Positions 26,695-41,493 of a DNA stretch of 64,000 nucleotides are shown here, piece by piece. The DNA is from Octopus vulgaris. Lineage: Eukaryota. Location of the stretch: the NCBI GenBank assembly GCA_951406725.2, contig OX597833.1:38688001-38752000 (forward strand), read 5' to 3'. Positions within the stretch are counted from its first letter, which is position 1; each line of letters begins with the position of its first letter. Both the position numbers and the translations under genes were made by a program. The notes under the pieces are model-generated. The model was not told the DNA's origin. It did not search any database and saw only the letters and a list, made by a program, of their open reading frames with translations.

Positions 26695-26885
26695 GCCGTT
26701 TGCCAGCCCCGTCTGGCACGTAAAAAGCACCCACTACACTTACGGAGTGGTTGGTGTTAGGAAGGGCATCCAGCTGTAGAAACACTGCCAGATCAGACTG
26801 GGCCTGGTGCAGCCTTCTGGCTTCCCAGACCCCAGTTGAACCGTCCAACCCATGCTAGCATGGAAAGCGGACGTTAAATGATGAT
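26695..26885 (+). mobile_element. Family B retroposon end
   Basis: Near-identical to 614-770 and to the reverse complement of 9718-9910. Confidence 0.85.
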
Positions 26886-27289
26886 ATATATATAAGGTGT
26901 TGTATGTGTGTATTTCTGTCACATGTAATACACAAGATAACTGTTGTGGCAGCTGTTATTATTATGTCATTATAGAGCTGGATGTGCTTCTCACAGTAAC
27001 CACTCAAGCATGAATTTAGTAAGACTACCTTGCAGACACACACACATACAACACAGTTGTAGTGGTGAAATTTGATTATATGAAATGGTCAGTTGTCTAA
27101 TATTTTATCAACCTTACAGAGATATATATATACAAAAGGTCCTTGCAAGGGACAAAGATGAAAGAGTTTCAGAATGAAATCAAATCCTTTTTCGTTAGTT
27201 CAATTCCAGACGACTTGCACTCACTCCAAGAACACGAATAATATTTGGACAGCAGTATCAACAAGAATTAATCTGTTTTGAAAACTCAC

Positions 27290-27382
27290 TAAAAGCTTTG
27301 CTTTGCAACGATGATTTATATTCTTCAAATTTAGGAATGGTAAATGGACGAGAAATTTTAGCATTAGATAAAAAGAATTTTT
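27290..27382 (-). CDS. Candidate 93-nt cassette exon of an unidentified gene
   Basis: Long pyrimidine tract ending ttcattctcttcttcAG; donor GTGAGT at 27289. Phase 1 reads xKFFLSNAKISRPFTIPKFEEYKSSLQSKAFx, and phase 0 is also open. A second GTGAGT lies at 27224. Confidence 0.5.
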
Positions 27383-28269
27383 CTGAAGAAGAGAATGAAA
27401 TGAAACAAAAATGATGAAAAGGAAAAGAAAAGAACAAATTAAAATGATGATGATGATGATGATGATAATAAAGAAGTAAATAAATAAATCAAAATTATAC
27501 ATCAAAACATCTTTGTCTAAGCAATGGAAATGGAAATGGCACATTGAGAGAAATTCACCTAGCTTACAGCTGCTAAAATAGATAGGATATATATACATAC
27601 ATACAAATATACATACATATACATACATATATATATACATACATATATATATATACATCTACATACAGACATATATGCACACATACATATGGAGAAAAAG
27701 AGAAAGGCAGATGGGGAGTAGTTGTCATGGTGGAGGTGGTGGTGATGGGGGAGATCAAAAGTGGTTGCGATGTGTGGTGGAGGGAGGTCGGTTTCACCAT
27801 CCTAATACAGATTTGTAGTGTTTCATTTGCCAGAAAGCTTTTATTAAAAGTCTTATCAAAAGACAGCACTGTTTTGGAAAACGGGAGTTCTTTAGATTAG
27901 ATTTAATTTATTTAAAAACCCATTCCACTTATCTTTCAATAAAACCTAAGGCTTTTGAACTTGAGAGAACACTCCATTTTAAGGTGGGGGGAGAGAGGGG
28001 TGAAAATAATGACTACACACACACACATCCATAATCGCACCCATTATTTATCTAATGCATACACATGCACATATATATATACAAGCATACATTATACATA
28101 ATTTTGTCTATCACAGAATTACACATTTACACATACTATTTGAATATCACTTGTCTATCTATATACATTATTTTTTTTTCTTCTCTTTTGCATTCTATAA
28201 TTATATGCACCATTTACATAATATACAACTATACAATCACACAATATTTCTTCTTAATCTTTCTCTCAT

Positions 28270-28314
<45 letters not shown>

Positions 28315-28723
28315 TAGGAACGCATGTACATGCTCACAAATAAATGCATTTTTCCTTTGCATTATTGCCATTAAGCGAATATTTAATTTCCTTAAGGCGA
28401 TCCTTAAAATAATGTTTGAAAATATAATAAAAATAAAATAAGATCCTTAAAAATAAATGTTCTTTGTCATCATGAAGGAACAGAAAAATACTGACAAAAC
28501 TAAATGGAATAATTTATGAGAGAGGTTTATATATTTATATCTACACTGAGCTGGGTTTATTAGTGAAGGATGTTTGTGTGCATGGGGTGTGGTGCTGTAT
28601 ATATACTCCAAATTGTTTGGTGTGTGTGTGTGTGTGTGTAGTGTAAATATAGCAGGTTATGCACACTGACATTTTTTTTTCTGTAGAATAGAGACACAGT
28701 TAAATAGCTAGCAATATATATTG

Positions 28724-29047
28724 TATATAAAGGGTGCAGCATTGCACCGATAACCAGCTGGTGGAAGATCTGCCTGGGGTTAAACTAGTAGTAACATGGA
28801 ACAGCCACTTTGATGTGGTGGCAGATTTTACTTGTTAGTATAGTTATTACTCTGATCTCTTCTGATTTTACAACTAGCTATCTTGCTTGTTACAAATCAG
28901 TGACTGATGGTCACTTTGTTTATAATATATTGCTAGCTGGAGCAGATTCTGGTTATCGCTCTGGGTCAGTCTTGCAATCCTGCTATCTGCTATAGGGTGG
29001 TAGGGGTTTGCCTCCCACTGCCAGCAATATATATATATGTGTGTGTG

Positions 29048-29081
<34 letters not shown>

Positions 29082-29271
29082 ACTTAAAATTGCATGATAG
29101 ATTGCCGTCATTTCATTCTTTCTTTCTTACCTGTCTGTGTTTGCCTTTTAAGTGCTGTGTTTTTACTGAGATCCCCCTTTTAGTAGAAGGAATAGCTATA
29201 TCTCTTTGACTGCTATTTCTAAATTCGGTGTGTTGGTGAGGCAATTCGCTGCTAAACCCTTAATTACTTAG

Positions 29272-29310
<39 letters not shown>

Positions 29311-29423
29311 ATATATATAAAAGGTGTAGCATTGCACCAATAACCAGCTGGCGGAAGATCTGCCTGGAGTTAAACTAGTAGCAACATGGAACAGCCACTT
29401 TGATGTGGCAACTGACTTTACTT
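28724..29423 (+). repeat. ~110-bp direct repeat pair (28724-28833 and 29314-29423) embedded in TA microsatellites
   Basis: Both copies read GGTG(C/T)AGCATTGCACC(G/A)ATAACCAGCTGG(T/C)GGAAGATCTGCCTGG...ACAGCCACTTTGATGTGG, offset 590 bp. Confidence 0.9.
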
Positions 29424-29464
29424 TTTAGAGACACAGTTGTTTGAAGACAATATAAAGATAGGAA

Positions 29465-29495
<31 letters not shown>

Positions 29496-31404
29496 GAAAG
29501 AACACATAACATGTTTTTTACTACAATCAAATCAAAAAGTTTTGTACTTTAGACAGGTATCTTAAATTTTGTATACGTAATATATCTTTAGTGAAGAGTC
29601 AATCAATGGGAATTCGTAAACCAATAATTAGAAATTGTAACATTCAATGGGCAAAGAACTTAACTCCTCCAAAATCCAGCAATATAAGTAGGTATAAGGA
29701 GAGGATAATTCTACAACTGAATACTAGTTGAAAACTATTAACATGTAGACAAATCTGCTTTTCCAAACAGCCAAGAGACAGCATCCCAAAGGCTCAGATT
29801 CTTCTCAATATCAGTAAATGCATCATCTTTGAACAACTTCTAATATCATATTAAAACACAAATATATCTTAAGGTACCGTATTGTTGCAGTGTTATATGT
29901 ACACTATAGATTATACTCTCCCTCAGTGGAAGAGCATACCTTTAGATAAGGCTTCTTTTACTGATGGGTCATGCACATTTACCTGTTCAATGTTAAACTG
30001 TATCATCTTTCAGCTTCTGCTCTTCTAACTAAACTGCCTAACCTGTATCCCTTTAAGGGAATTTAACGTAGGCACAGTCACTTCTTCCACTGCACAGATC
30101 CAGAGTTAAACACTTTACTTAACCCGCCTTCAAAATTCTCACTTCTTAGAACTCACCCACCCAGTCTGAGAATATCTAAAAAGGTTATGGACACTAACCC
30201 TCACTCATCTTGAACTTAACAATAAATTAAAAGTAATGCCAGCATCAAATTTTCAATCCATGCTCCAAACATAACCATCTTGTCTCTAATGGCAAACACC
30301 TGGCATATGTGATAACAGTCCCTGTATATCTTAATTCACACTTCCACTATCACACATTTTATCAGAATGTATCTTTTCTTTCAATTTCTTTTACTTGTTT
30401 ACACACTCTCTCTCTTTCCATCTCTTTCTCATGCCTCTGAAGCAGTTAATGTCACTTCTATAATGACACAATGTTAATACAATATGATGCAATGTTGGAT
30501 TAACTTTCTTTTTCTTTTACTTACCCGGGACTTTGATGAAATGAAAGAATTTTATAGGATTAATAGTATAGAAGGTGCCATGCAGTGGGACTGATCCCAA
30601 AACCAGGAGGTTGGGAAGCAATCTTCTTACCACACAGCCATGCCTGTGCTATTTATATATTTATATGTATATTCCATTGTATTGTATAATCAACTCTCAA
30701 CAGTCTCCTCTATCAAAATAGGTACTATGGAGTAGTATTGTTTACTGCTGTAGACAGTGGGAATAATATAAAATAAGTTTGCTGGTGAGCAGTGCTGTCT
30801 GTAATTTCTCTTGGGAGAAAGCTAGCTGCAATAATAGATCAGTAGTGAATCTAAGGGATGTTTGTCTCATCTGATTAACACAAAAGACACTGAAAGACGG
30901 ATGCTTGGAGAAATAGGATATAAGCACTAACCATGGATTTATATGGAAACTGGACATAAACACTGATATCTTAGAAACTTGTAGAAAGAATTAGCAGAAG
31001 CAATGACGGCAGGATGCTAAGTTAAGAGGTTTTGTAGAACATTGAGACTAAATGTCAACAAAATTTACTTATGGCTCTCTACATTCTAAGTTCAAATACT
31101 GCCAAGACTAATTTTGCCAGACTTCCAGCATTGATAAACATAAAGTTCCAGTCAAACACAGGACTTGGTTTACCACTGTTCTTGTAAAGTATTCTAAGCG
31201 TGAATGGAATTATGATAGAAGACATATAACAGCAACGGTGTTTTGTTTGTAAGCTATAATAATGATGATGATGATCAGAGTTCAATTCTCAACAGACATT
31301 GTCAATATTGATACAATATAGAAAGCAAAAAATCAACCATGTAAGTTTTAGACAAACACAAGTAAGTGCAATTAAAACATCATCTCTACCATCTGCACAA
31401 ACTC

Positions 31405-31499
<95 letters not shown>

Positions 31500-31514
31500 T
31501 TAATAATAATAATA
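31405..31514. repeat. (TAA)n microsatellite
   Basis: Direct reading. Confidence 0.97.
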
Positions 31515-31798
31515 TGAAGAGGAATGGTGACATCAACAATATAAACATTTATAAATATCAGATTTAAGTGCAGATATCAAAAGAAAAACATAACTGTCAA
31601 AAACATCTAATTCAAATGTGATAGTTTGTGTGTGTGTGTGTACACATACTTACACATACATAAATATGCATGTATTCATTTAGATATACACACACAAACC
31701 AATATGTGTGTGTGTGTGTGCATATGTTAGCACTGAAAAGTGGACAATTAAAAGGATGATATTTAACGTCTGCTTTTCTATGCTTGCATGGGTCAGAC

Positions 31799-31853
<55 letters not shown>

Positions 31854-32350
31854 GTATATATATATATATATATATATGAAGGTATAAAGGCAACTTGGCA
31901 ATTAAAACTTCCTCAACCATCAAGTAATCAATAGCTATTTCATCTACTAATGAATTCATTGGTAATGATAGCTAAACAGAAATAAATCTACTTCCAAGTT
32001 GAAGATAACTGACACATGCAACATTAATATTTGTATTAGTAATCTGGTAGATTTCATTGAAGACAGTGTGTGGCTGATGAGTGAGGGCAGAAGTCTAGGT
32101 GTGACTAAAGTGGTGGAAGTGGTTAGAAGTGTAAGTAAATCAAACATGGTCTGGAATGAAATCAATACATGCAGCTGGAATTGGTGTGGTGGTGGGTGGT
32201 GGTGGTGGGGTCATGGCATCGGTATAGAAATGGTAGTTGTGATCAAACTTCTGGTTATGTACATGGCCAACAGAGAGTGGCAGTAGCAGCACTGATAGTA
32301 GTAGAAATGGTGGTGGTGGTGAAGCAGAGAGAGAGAGATAGAGAGAGAGG

Positions 32351-32387
<37 letters not shown>

Positions 32388-33464
32388 TCGGCAAGTCACA
32401 AGGAACATAATTTATAGATGGAATGTTGCGAGAGGATAAAATAAAACACCCCCACGCCCCTGCCGCCTCAATCATTCTCCAATGTTTTTGTTTAATTGTG
32501 TTCGAGTAATTATATATATTTCTTGTCTAGATAACTTGACAGAGACAGAAGCAAGGATGTGAGACGATGAAGAAGTGGATGGTGGCAGTGGGGAGGGCAA
32601 CAAACAGTTGAACATATAACTAATTAAACCAAACAGATTTGGAGAGAGAAAGACAACGGGCGGACAGCTAGACAAATAAATCTGGCCATGGCTTTTATGT
32701 TCCGGACAGTAGATTCAATAATTGAAAATAGATATCATTGAACAAGTGCTGGTTCTAATGCAAGAAGCTATCATATGGTAGCAAAATGCTGTGTGTTCAT
32801 TTGACTGTTTAACATAGCAGTCAAATTGCCTGCAACAAATCCATTGCTTTACAATTTAAGAATGATCACATGTTGTAATATTTCAAATGGGTTCAGGTTT
32901 GAAGTTGAAAGTGAAAGACATTAAGATGTATGAAGAATTCGAGTTCAATTTCATTTAACTGACCGCCCTCAAAAATTCCCAATATCCAGTGCCTGAATGA
33001 ATGGTATTGCGTCTTGAAATATAAAAGCCAAAACACACCAGAAACCTTTAAAGTGTTGATATGACATGTCTTGTCACAGAATAACAAATGGTGTTTCAAA
33101 ATAAATGAATTCTCTAAATATTTCAAGGTTACCAACACAGGAAAATAACTTGAGATGTTAAGGTTGGCGAGCTGGTAGAATGTTTAGCAGTATTTTGTCT
33201 TCTGTCTTTAGATTCTGAGTTCAAATTCCACTGAGGTCGACTCTGCTTCTCATCCTTTCAGAAGTATCAATTGAACACTGAGGTCCATGTAATCGACTTT
33301 GTCCACCCACCGAAAGTACTGGCCTTGTGCCAAAATGCAAAACTAATATAAAATGCTAGACTCATTTTGAAAAAAAAAAATACATGCAGCTGCAGATATA
33401 TAAGGAAAAATTAAATACACCATTACCTTTAAATCTACAGCTAATGTTTCTTTTATGTTTTATT

Positions 33465-34195
33465 TATTTCAGCCACTGGACTGTGGTCATGCTAGGGCAA
33501 TGCTTTGAAGGGTTTTAGTCAAACAAATCAACTCCAGGACTCATTTTTATAAAAAATCAGGTGCTTATCTCAGTTTCTTTTATTTGCAGGGACAGTTTTC
33601 AAGAGGGGGGGGGGAACATAAAGGTGCATGTATGCACACATATACACACACACAACAGGCTTCTTTCATTTTCTGCCCACCAAAACCACTTGCAAAGCTT
33701 TGGTTGGCCTGGGGCTATAGTAGATGTCATACAGTGTAACTGAACCCAAAACCATATGGTTGGGAAGCAAGCTTCTTACCGCACAGTCATGCCTGTAGTC
33801 ATAAATCATTTATCTTATATCTTTTATTGGTTTCAGTCTTTAGACTGCGGCCATGCTGGGGCATCATTTTGAAGAATTTTAGTTGAACGAACTGATCCTA
33901 GTAATTTGTTTTAAAGCCTGGTACTTATTCTATCAGCCTCTTTTACCAAGTTATAAGGGCATAAACACACCAACACTGATTGTCAAGTAGTAGTAGTAGT
34001 AGTGGAGGGACAAACACATACACACACACCTGGAGGGGTTTCTTTCAGTTTCCGTCTACTAAATCCACTCACAAGGCTTTGGTCAGTGCAATGCTATTTC
34101 ATTTGGTATAAGACACTTGTCCAAGGTGCCATGCAGTGGGATTGAACCCAGAACTATGTGGATGGGAAGTAAGCTTCTTACCACGCAGCCATACC
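33465..34195 (-). mobile_element. Two tandem SINE family A copies (~33465-33795 and ~33820-34195)
   Basis: Each is colinear with 4801-5195. Confidence 0.8.
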
Positions 34196-34846
34196 TTTGG
34201 CCATAAATGTATAAAGATTAAAATTGCTATATTTTTGCTGGTTTAAGTAAGCAAAACACAAGAGTTTGTTATATTTGCAATATCATAACCAGAGCTTATG
34301 AAACATGGTGATTTACTTGACAAACATCAATCATCCAAAGATTAATGAATAAGTTAATATGGCATGGGGGTAAAAAACATCTCAGTATTTCAATAATAAA
34401 TCAGTTTTGCTTCAAAAGTAAACATTGTGCATGTTTATATAATAGGCACTGCCTCTTACTCCAGACCCAGCTAGTAAAACAGAGAATGTGCGTCTGTAGA
34501 TTATTAAAGCTTTTATGTGCATTTTTCAATATGAACCTTGTATATAGAGAAGTATTGCTAAAAACTGTGCATGTATGTTCGTGTATTTTTGTTTCAACAC
34601 CAGCACACACACAAACATTAATGTTTGTTTATATATATATATATATACATAAATATATTTTTATGTTGAACCATTAATCTCTAAAAAAACAATTTCTTTC
34701 TCTCTCCATTTTTTTTTCATGCTCTCCTTTTTTCTCGTATAGGCTTGAAATATAAAAAACTTTTCTATTCTTCCCGAGCATTAAACTAATACACTTGCTT
34801 ATTGTTCCTACATCTGCCTTCATCTTGCTTGCTACAAATTTGAATA

Positions 34847-34885
<39 letters not shown>

Positions 34886-35199
34886 CATACATATATATAT
34901 ATAAATACATACATACATATATATAAATAAATACATACATACATATATATACATACATACATATATATACATACATACATACATATCACATATATATATT
35001 AATGACAGAGGCTGTATTAATACTGGGAGGTAATATTTATCCCTTCTTAAGTGTGGATGTTCTGTTAGGACAAACTATACTGTAGTAGATATCATGACAG
35101 AAACCCTAATATTGGCTTTTGTGCAAAGTGCACTCTTGTTTCTATTGCTAGTGGGGAGGTAACTCCTGCCACTTCCAGTGCTGAGATGACCAGATCACA

Positions 35200-35434
35200 T
35201 GATCGCTTTTCATGCTGGTATGGGTTAGATAGTTTGACTCGAACTGCTAAGCCAGAGAGCTGCGCCAGGTTCCAGTCTGATTTGACATGGTTTCTATGAC
35301 TGGATGCTCTTCAAAGCATCAACCACACCAAGAGTGTAATGGGTGTTTTTATTGTGTCATCGGCACAGGTGCCACTTATATGACACTGGCAATGGCCACG
35401 ACTATTATTTCACTTGGCTTGATGAGTCTTCTCA

Positions 35435-35435
<1 letters not shown>
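35200..35435 (-). mobile_element. Family B retroposon end, diverged
   Basis: CATGCTGGTATGGGTTAGATAG...TTTCTATGACTGGATGCTCTT. Related to 53530-53860 (+) and 63440-63625 (-). Confidence 0.7.
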
Positions 35436-35471
<36 letters not shown>

Positions 35472-36986
35472 TCTTTTATTCGCTTCAGTCATTCTGACTG
35501 CGGCCATGCTGGAGCACCGCTTTTGTATATCAACTTTGGGTTAGTTAAATATGTTTATGACATATTTTAACTTCTAACGGCAAATTCATTACATTGGGGA
35601 AAAAAAAAAAAATCTCTCTTATAGTAAACAGTGTACAAACATCATATTCTGCCCAATGCTTCCCTATTGGCTATTTCTGGCTCTCTAGCTTTCATCAATG
35701 GAAATATTGAAGAGAGATAGTTCTGGGCAGATTCAAAAGCAGTAGCTGTAACTAAGAAGAAAAAGTCAACATCAGAAACCACATGGTTGGAAAGCAAGCT
35801 TTTTAACCACAAAGCCATGCCTGTGTCTATGTGTGTTTGTGTATCCTTATTTTAATGCACAGTAGTTGTAAAGGAGTACCTGTCATACACACTGTCTTTC
35901 ATTCTCAACCTTCCATAACAATATGCGTTATGGAAGTTAACAGGCTGGGAAACAGGTGAGGGATGTTGGCAAGATGGACATCTGGTTCTAGAAAATTCAC
36001 CTTGATAAATCCCTTCAGGTCCAATGAAGCATAAAAATCAAAAATGGATGTTAAAACAATAAAAATGATAGCTCTCTCTCTTCATCTCTTTTTAAATGGG
36101 GTTTTAGTTTAACACCTTGGTCAAGTATCATCTACTATAGCTCCAGGCCAACCAAAGACTTGTAAGGGGATTTTGTGGACAAAAATCAAAAGAAGACTAG
36201 TACGTGTGCAAGCATGTATGTCTGTGTTTACAATTGAAATTGATTGTACATAAGTGCAGTGGATTGTGTTTTTTGTCAGTTTCTTCTCTCAACAGATTGT
36301 CTGGGTACTTCGAGCCTTCAAAGAGGTGTAGAATTAATGATCCTTTACTTGAAAAACAAGGGTTAGTGTCAGGAAGGGCACTTGTGGTAAAACAATGCCT
36401 TGAATAATAGATTCAAACAACCTGTATGTAAAACAAGTGAACATATCTAGACACACACACATTTAGTCACACATGCACATATACATAAGACAAAGCATAA
36501 ATAACAGTAATTTTCATACATATGAAACCAGTTTTAGAAAAGCTAACTTAACCTACATAGTCCATTTCACTACAGGAACTCTTGAAGTTTAAACAAAAAA
36601 ATTTTGTTCAATACTTGAATATTTTACAATACTTAGGTGCCAAGCTACAGTTAGAAATGAGCTTTCAGTAAGATAATAAAATATTATTTCATTACAGTAA
36701 GTGTAATATTCTCAAATAGTGTTACACAAAGAATATGAATATGAAATTCTTAAGTAGTATTAAACGAAATGTAAGTCATATTCTAAAGTAATATTATACA
36801 CTGAGTGTAATATTCTAAAGTACCATTAAATACAGAGTATGTGATTTTCTAAAGTTGTCTTCAACTATGCATTACAATGCTTGTGATATCATGAAGTAGT
36901 ATATTCAAGATATTGGTACAGGCATTCCCAAGAAGCATTCCTCACAGTGTGTATAACTTTAAAACCATGCCAATCGCACTTTAGGT

Positions 36987-37223
36987 CAATGATGGCAAAC
37001 CTATGTTATGTGCATCAGCTGTGATAAGCTGTGGGGTTTTAGATTACACAATGTGGTGTGGAGAGAATCTCTCTCGGCCATACCATAAAATCTTCATCTA
37101 CGAACATTTTGCTAAAACTACAACACATCTGAAATATAATATTTAAGTGACATTCAATTAACAGGATTATTAATGAAATTATAATTTTACCAATGCTGAG
37201 CTAGAAAGAGTTTGCCATCCCGC
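36987..37223. mobile_element. hAT-superfamily MITE
   Basis: TIRs CAATGATGGCAAAC / GTTTGCCATCCCGC. Perfect 8-bp TSD CTTTAGGT at 36979-36986 and 37224-37231. Confidence 0.85.
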
Positions 37224-37295
37224 CTTTAGGTCATATATGGGTGATCTCAGTTAGCAGTTGTCTCTAAAACTAATTATCACTCTTATTTATATATG

Positions 37296-38040
37296 TGGCT
37301 GTGTGGTAAGAAACTTGCTTACCAACCACATATTTCCAGGTTCAGTCCCACTGCGTGACACCTTGGGCAAGTTCTTTTACTATAACCTTGGGATGACCAA
37401 AGCCTTGAGTGTGGATTTCATAGACAGAAACTGAAATAAGCCCCTCGTGTGTATACATATATATAGTTTATAGGTTAGAGACAGGTGTTCTCTATATAGA
37501 ATACACTTCAAAGTGCTCAAGAGATTTGAACTTGAGTTGGTAGATGAGGAAATGTAATGACAAACAAGTTAGGCATATTGATTTACACAGAATATTAAAT
37601 ACATTTAATGGAAAAATGTACATGTATATGGACATAAAATAATCTGACTTACAGAATATAAATGATATCAGGAGTTAAATGGGTAGAGTTTTACGAGTCC
37701 AATAGCTGTTTCTGGGGGCTTGGTGGTCTGGCATAATGATAGTTACTTGGGTCTCTTATCGACTTGCCTAACTTGCTTGTCATTACATTTGCTTATATAT
37801 ATATATATAATCTGTATAATCTATGTGTATGTGTCTTTGTGTTAGTGTTTGACCTCCACCACTGCTTGACAACCAGTGTTGGTGTGTTTACATCCCTGTA
37901 ACTTAGCAGTTCAACAAAAGAGGCTGATAGAATAAGTACCAGGATTAAAAAAATATATTGGGATTGATTCATGTGCTAAAAATTCAAGGTGGTGCCCCAG
38001 CATGGTCACAGTTTAATGACAGAAACAAGTAAATAATAAA
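37296..38040 (+). mobile_element. SINE family A split by an insertion (~37470-37795) in its microsatellite
   Basis: Head at 37296-37450 and tail at 37820-38040. Confidence 0.8.
37550..37790. mobile_element. Element with 26-bp inverted repeats, possibly a Penelope-like remnant
   Basis: AAATGTAATGACAAACAAGTTAGGCA (37550-37575) vs the reverse complement of 37765-37790, one mismatch. Internal minus-strand GAAAC-AGCT-ATT resembles a hammerhead stem III. Confidence 0.6.
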
Positions 38041-38048
38041 AGGTACCT

Positions 38049-38104
<56 letters not shown>

Positions 38105-39111
38105 GTGTGAGAAGACACATATGCACACATCCATACAAGGGCCAGTGCAGTTGGCACAATTAGATAAGATTGTGGTACAGCTGATAATGATGGAAAACCA
38201 CCAGGTATTATTTAATAAGATTCAGTATTTATTAGCTAAAGCTCACCTTATCTGGCCTTAAGACAGTTAATTGAAAGATAGGATAAGGATCAAGATGTTA
38301 TTGCCAAGAATGTACTTAGTACAAGCCAATCCCAAGACACAGTTTTCAGAGACACAACTATGACAAGAAAGTGTTAGAACACCAGTTGAGGACCAGTAGT
38401 TAGTATTATCAGACTGTTAATTAACATTATGTGGTTAACACATTATCATCAGTCTACAACACATAATCAGTCTACTTAATATGATAGCTTTAATTTTCAG
38501 TGTAATTAACATTATAATGGATGAACAGGCCTGTTCTCAATGTGCACTTTTGGTTTTGTTGCTGTTGAAAATATTTTTCTTGTTGAAATTGTGTAACTTC
38601 ATTACAAATATAACAACCCCCAGAGATGCTTTAACACTTTCCTAACACTATACTCTCAATAAGTAAAGCTATAGTGGACAATCCAACCCCTCACCTTGTA
38701 GCATTCTATGTCCATTTTTTTTTTACTTTTGTCACTACACCCTGTGTATTGCCTTAGGAAATAGAAGGGAAATACAGAGCCTAAGTAGCATGAAAGTTTT
38801 GTGATTTGGGCAAGCCACTAGCACATTTATACGAGAAAAAAGGATACACATGCATATATACAATGCTAAAATATATACTGGTGGATATCCCAAATTGGAT
38901 AATTTGAGAGAAATTTTTCAAAACTCAGGTTGAATACACAAAATTTACAGATCCTTGAACTCAGACAGCTACTTTTAGTTTTGTCTTTCAGATTAATATC
39001 ACGTTTAGCAGACGTTGAATTCTGATGTCATGCCCCAATTTTTTTTATGAGTTGGAAGTATTTGCACTGTTGTTTATTGTTATTGTTATTACACACACAC
39101 ACACACACAAT

Positions 39112-39458
39112 AGGTGCAGGCTGTGTGGTAAGAAGTTTGCTTCGCACTACATGGTTCTGGATTTGGTCATATTTTATAGCAGTTTGAGCAAGTGTCTTCT
39201 ACTATAGCCTTGAGCCAACCAAGTGGATCTGGTAGAGAGGAAATGATAGAAGCCTGTCATATATATGCGTATCTTTATGTCTGCGCTTGTCACCTACCAC
39301 TGCTTGACAACCAGGGTTGATATGCTTATGTTCCCATAATTCAAAGGTCCAGTACCAGAGACTGATAGAATATATATCAGGCTTAAAAAAAACAAGTACT
39401 GGGGTCAATTCATTTGACTGAAATTCTCAAGCTGCCCCAGCATGGCTGCAGTCTAATG
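39112..39458 (+). mobile_element. SINE family A, diverged
   Basis: GGCTGTGTGGTAAGAAGTTTGC head; CCCCAGCATGGCTGCAGTCTAATGA tail. Confidence 0.75.
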
Positions 39459-39684
39459 ATATACACACAGCAATTATTATTATACATAGGATTATGAACA
39501 TTAGTTACTTCTAAGTGCTACCACAGTTCCTATTTACCTATCTGCCTGCACATGCACACATGCATATAATTTTCAAAAATAAAAACATGGATGACAAAGT
39601 GAAAAGGTGAAAAAAGAGTAAGTATTAGTTTGATACTTGATGGTAGGTAAAAAAAAAAGGAGGTTCTTGACATTTTGAGCTTAC

Positions 39685-39708
39685 GCTCTTCTTCTCAAAA
39701 CCAGACAT
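39685..39708 (-). CDS. Candidate first coding exon end, MSGFEKKS, phase 0 (alternatively a 6-9-nt microexon)
   Basis: ATGTCTGGTTTTGAGAAGAAGAGC|GTAAGC, preceded by a long pyrimidine-rich stretch. Confidence 0.3.
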
Positions 39709-40470
39709 AAAGAAAAGAATAGAAAAAAAAAATGATAGGGAAGGGAATCACAGAGAGAAGCATTTTTAGTACGAGTCAGGTTGTGTTGCAAAAGGCTAGA
39801 GGGTAACGCAAAAGCAGCCAGTATACATGGCTGCATGTTTTTGTGCATGTTGCACAAACACATCCATTTGCAATTAAAGTATGTTTCTTTCAGCATCAAC
39901 CTACTATGTATGGATGTATCACTACAAAGCATGTGTTTTTTAGGTTTGTCTATATGCGCCATGTGAATGTTTGAGTATTTATGCATATGGTGTGTATATC
40001 TGAGTGTAGATGCATTAATACAAAGTGTGTGCGTGTGTGCTTTTTGGTCTATGTACATGTGTCATGTTATATATGTGTGGATTCATCTGAATGCACCAAA
40101 TTAGTATATGAGTATTGATACTACTGAAATGTGTATATGCACACTAGTGATTAGATTTAAGATTGTGTGTGTGTTTATGCTTGTGCACATGCATTTGTAC
40201 ATACATACATGTTGTGCTTTGAGTTTGATCAACACGGTGAAACTTATGGGGCGTAAGTGCATGTGCATGAATGCTATTGTGTATGCTGCTTGAGCCTTGT
40301 ATGTATGCATGTATGTATGTGTGTGTGTGTGTGTGCGCTATTGATTGGCTGTGGAGCTGTATACATTGTGATGGGTGTGCCTGTAGAGGTGTTGCAGAAG
40401 AGTGAGTGATTGGAGGAAAAAGTTGACATTCATTATCATCAGAGAAAACCTAAAACACAAACCAACTTAC

Positions 40471-40494
40471 ATCTTCTGGGTAAAAGAAATACTT
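40471..40494 (-). CDS. Candidate 24-nt microexon (KYFFYPED in phase 0, or xVFLLPRRx in phase 1)
   Basis: Strong pyrimidine tract ending ...tttatAG, then AAGTATTTCTTTTACCCAGAAGAT|GTAAGT. Consensus donor, length divisible by 3. Confidence 0.5.
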
Positions 40495-41493
40495 CTATAA
40501 AAAAGGATAAAGAGAAAAGACAGTAAATTCAAAATAGTTATCTGGGCAGAAGAACTAGTAACAAATGTGATTGAAAACAACTTAAAACAAACATCAAAAC
40601 AGACCAAATAGATACCAACCAGACTATATTAAACCACAAAATGGTAGAACAGTAAAGGGTTAACCCTCAGATTCCCTGTTAATTCTTTGTGTGTAGTGCA
40701 GCTTTGTTTGTTGGTATTATTGAACAACAAACTGACATAGGCTTGAAAGTCTACAAATCTGTTTTACTGTGTGATTTCTGGCTTATCTAAGTTAATTCCT
40801 TTCATAAATATAAAATTTAGCAAATAAAAATATCTATGATATATTAGAGATACATGAGACTAAACCCACACACACTTTCACACTTCGCTGAACAAGGACC
40901 AGTGCCCAAGCAATTGAAGACTTTTTAGTTCTTCGTTCTTCCTCACAACGGAAAACTAATAACTATATATGCTGTTTTGTTTTGTTTGATGTTTGTGTTT
41001 TTATATATATATTTATTTATTAGAATTAAGACAAACAAGTGTTCACAGTAGCTCATTCCAATATATAACTTGTGATCTTTAATCACAAAGGGTTCTATGA
41101 GCATTTAATGATAAGCTGAAATAAAATGTTCAGAGCTGTGATAACAGTCATGATTAATATAACAATATTCAACATTTTGGAAATCTCACAAATATGCATA
41201 TGTGTGTGTGTGTGTGTAAATTACAGCAAATGATATATACCATCAGGCATACATAGGCATACACATTTAATTACCCTAACAACATTTCACATATTGAGCA
41301 ATATTAGATCAACTGTGACAAATAATACTTTTCTATTTTATGGAAGGAGAGTACAGCCAGTAAATGGCAGGGCATTCTACTATTTTTGCTTTCATCAGCC
41401 ACACACTACACAGCTGCAGTAATATATAACATACATGGATACACACACACATGCAATCATTTCCACATATGTGTGTGTGTGCACATATATAAT

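Noticed and set aside
31900-32165. Two minus-strand acceptors (~32150 and ~31972) with short open frames
   Set aside because: No convincing donors and no recognisable peptide.
32531-32558. Plus-strand AG...GTGAGA segment
   Set aside because: 28 nt, not frame-preserving, isolated; likely chance.
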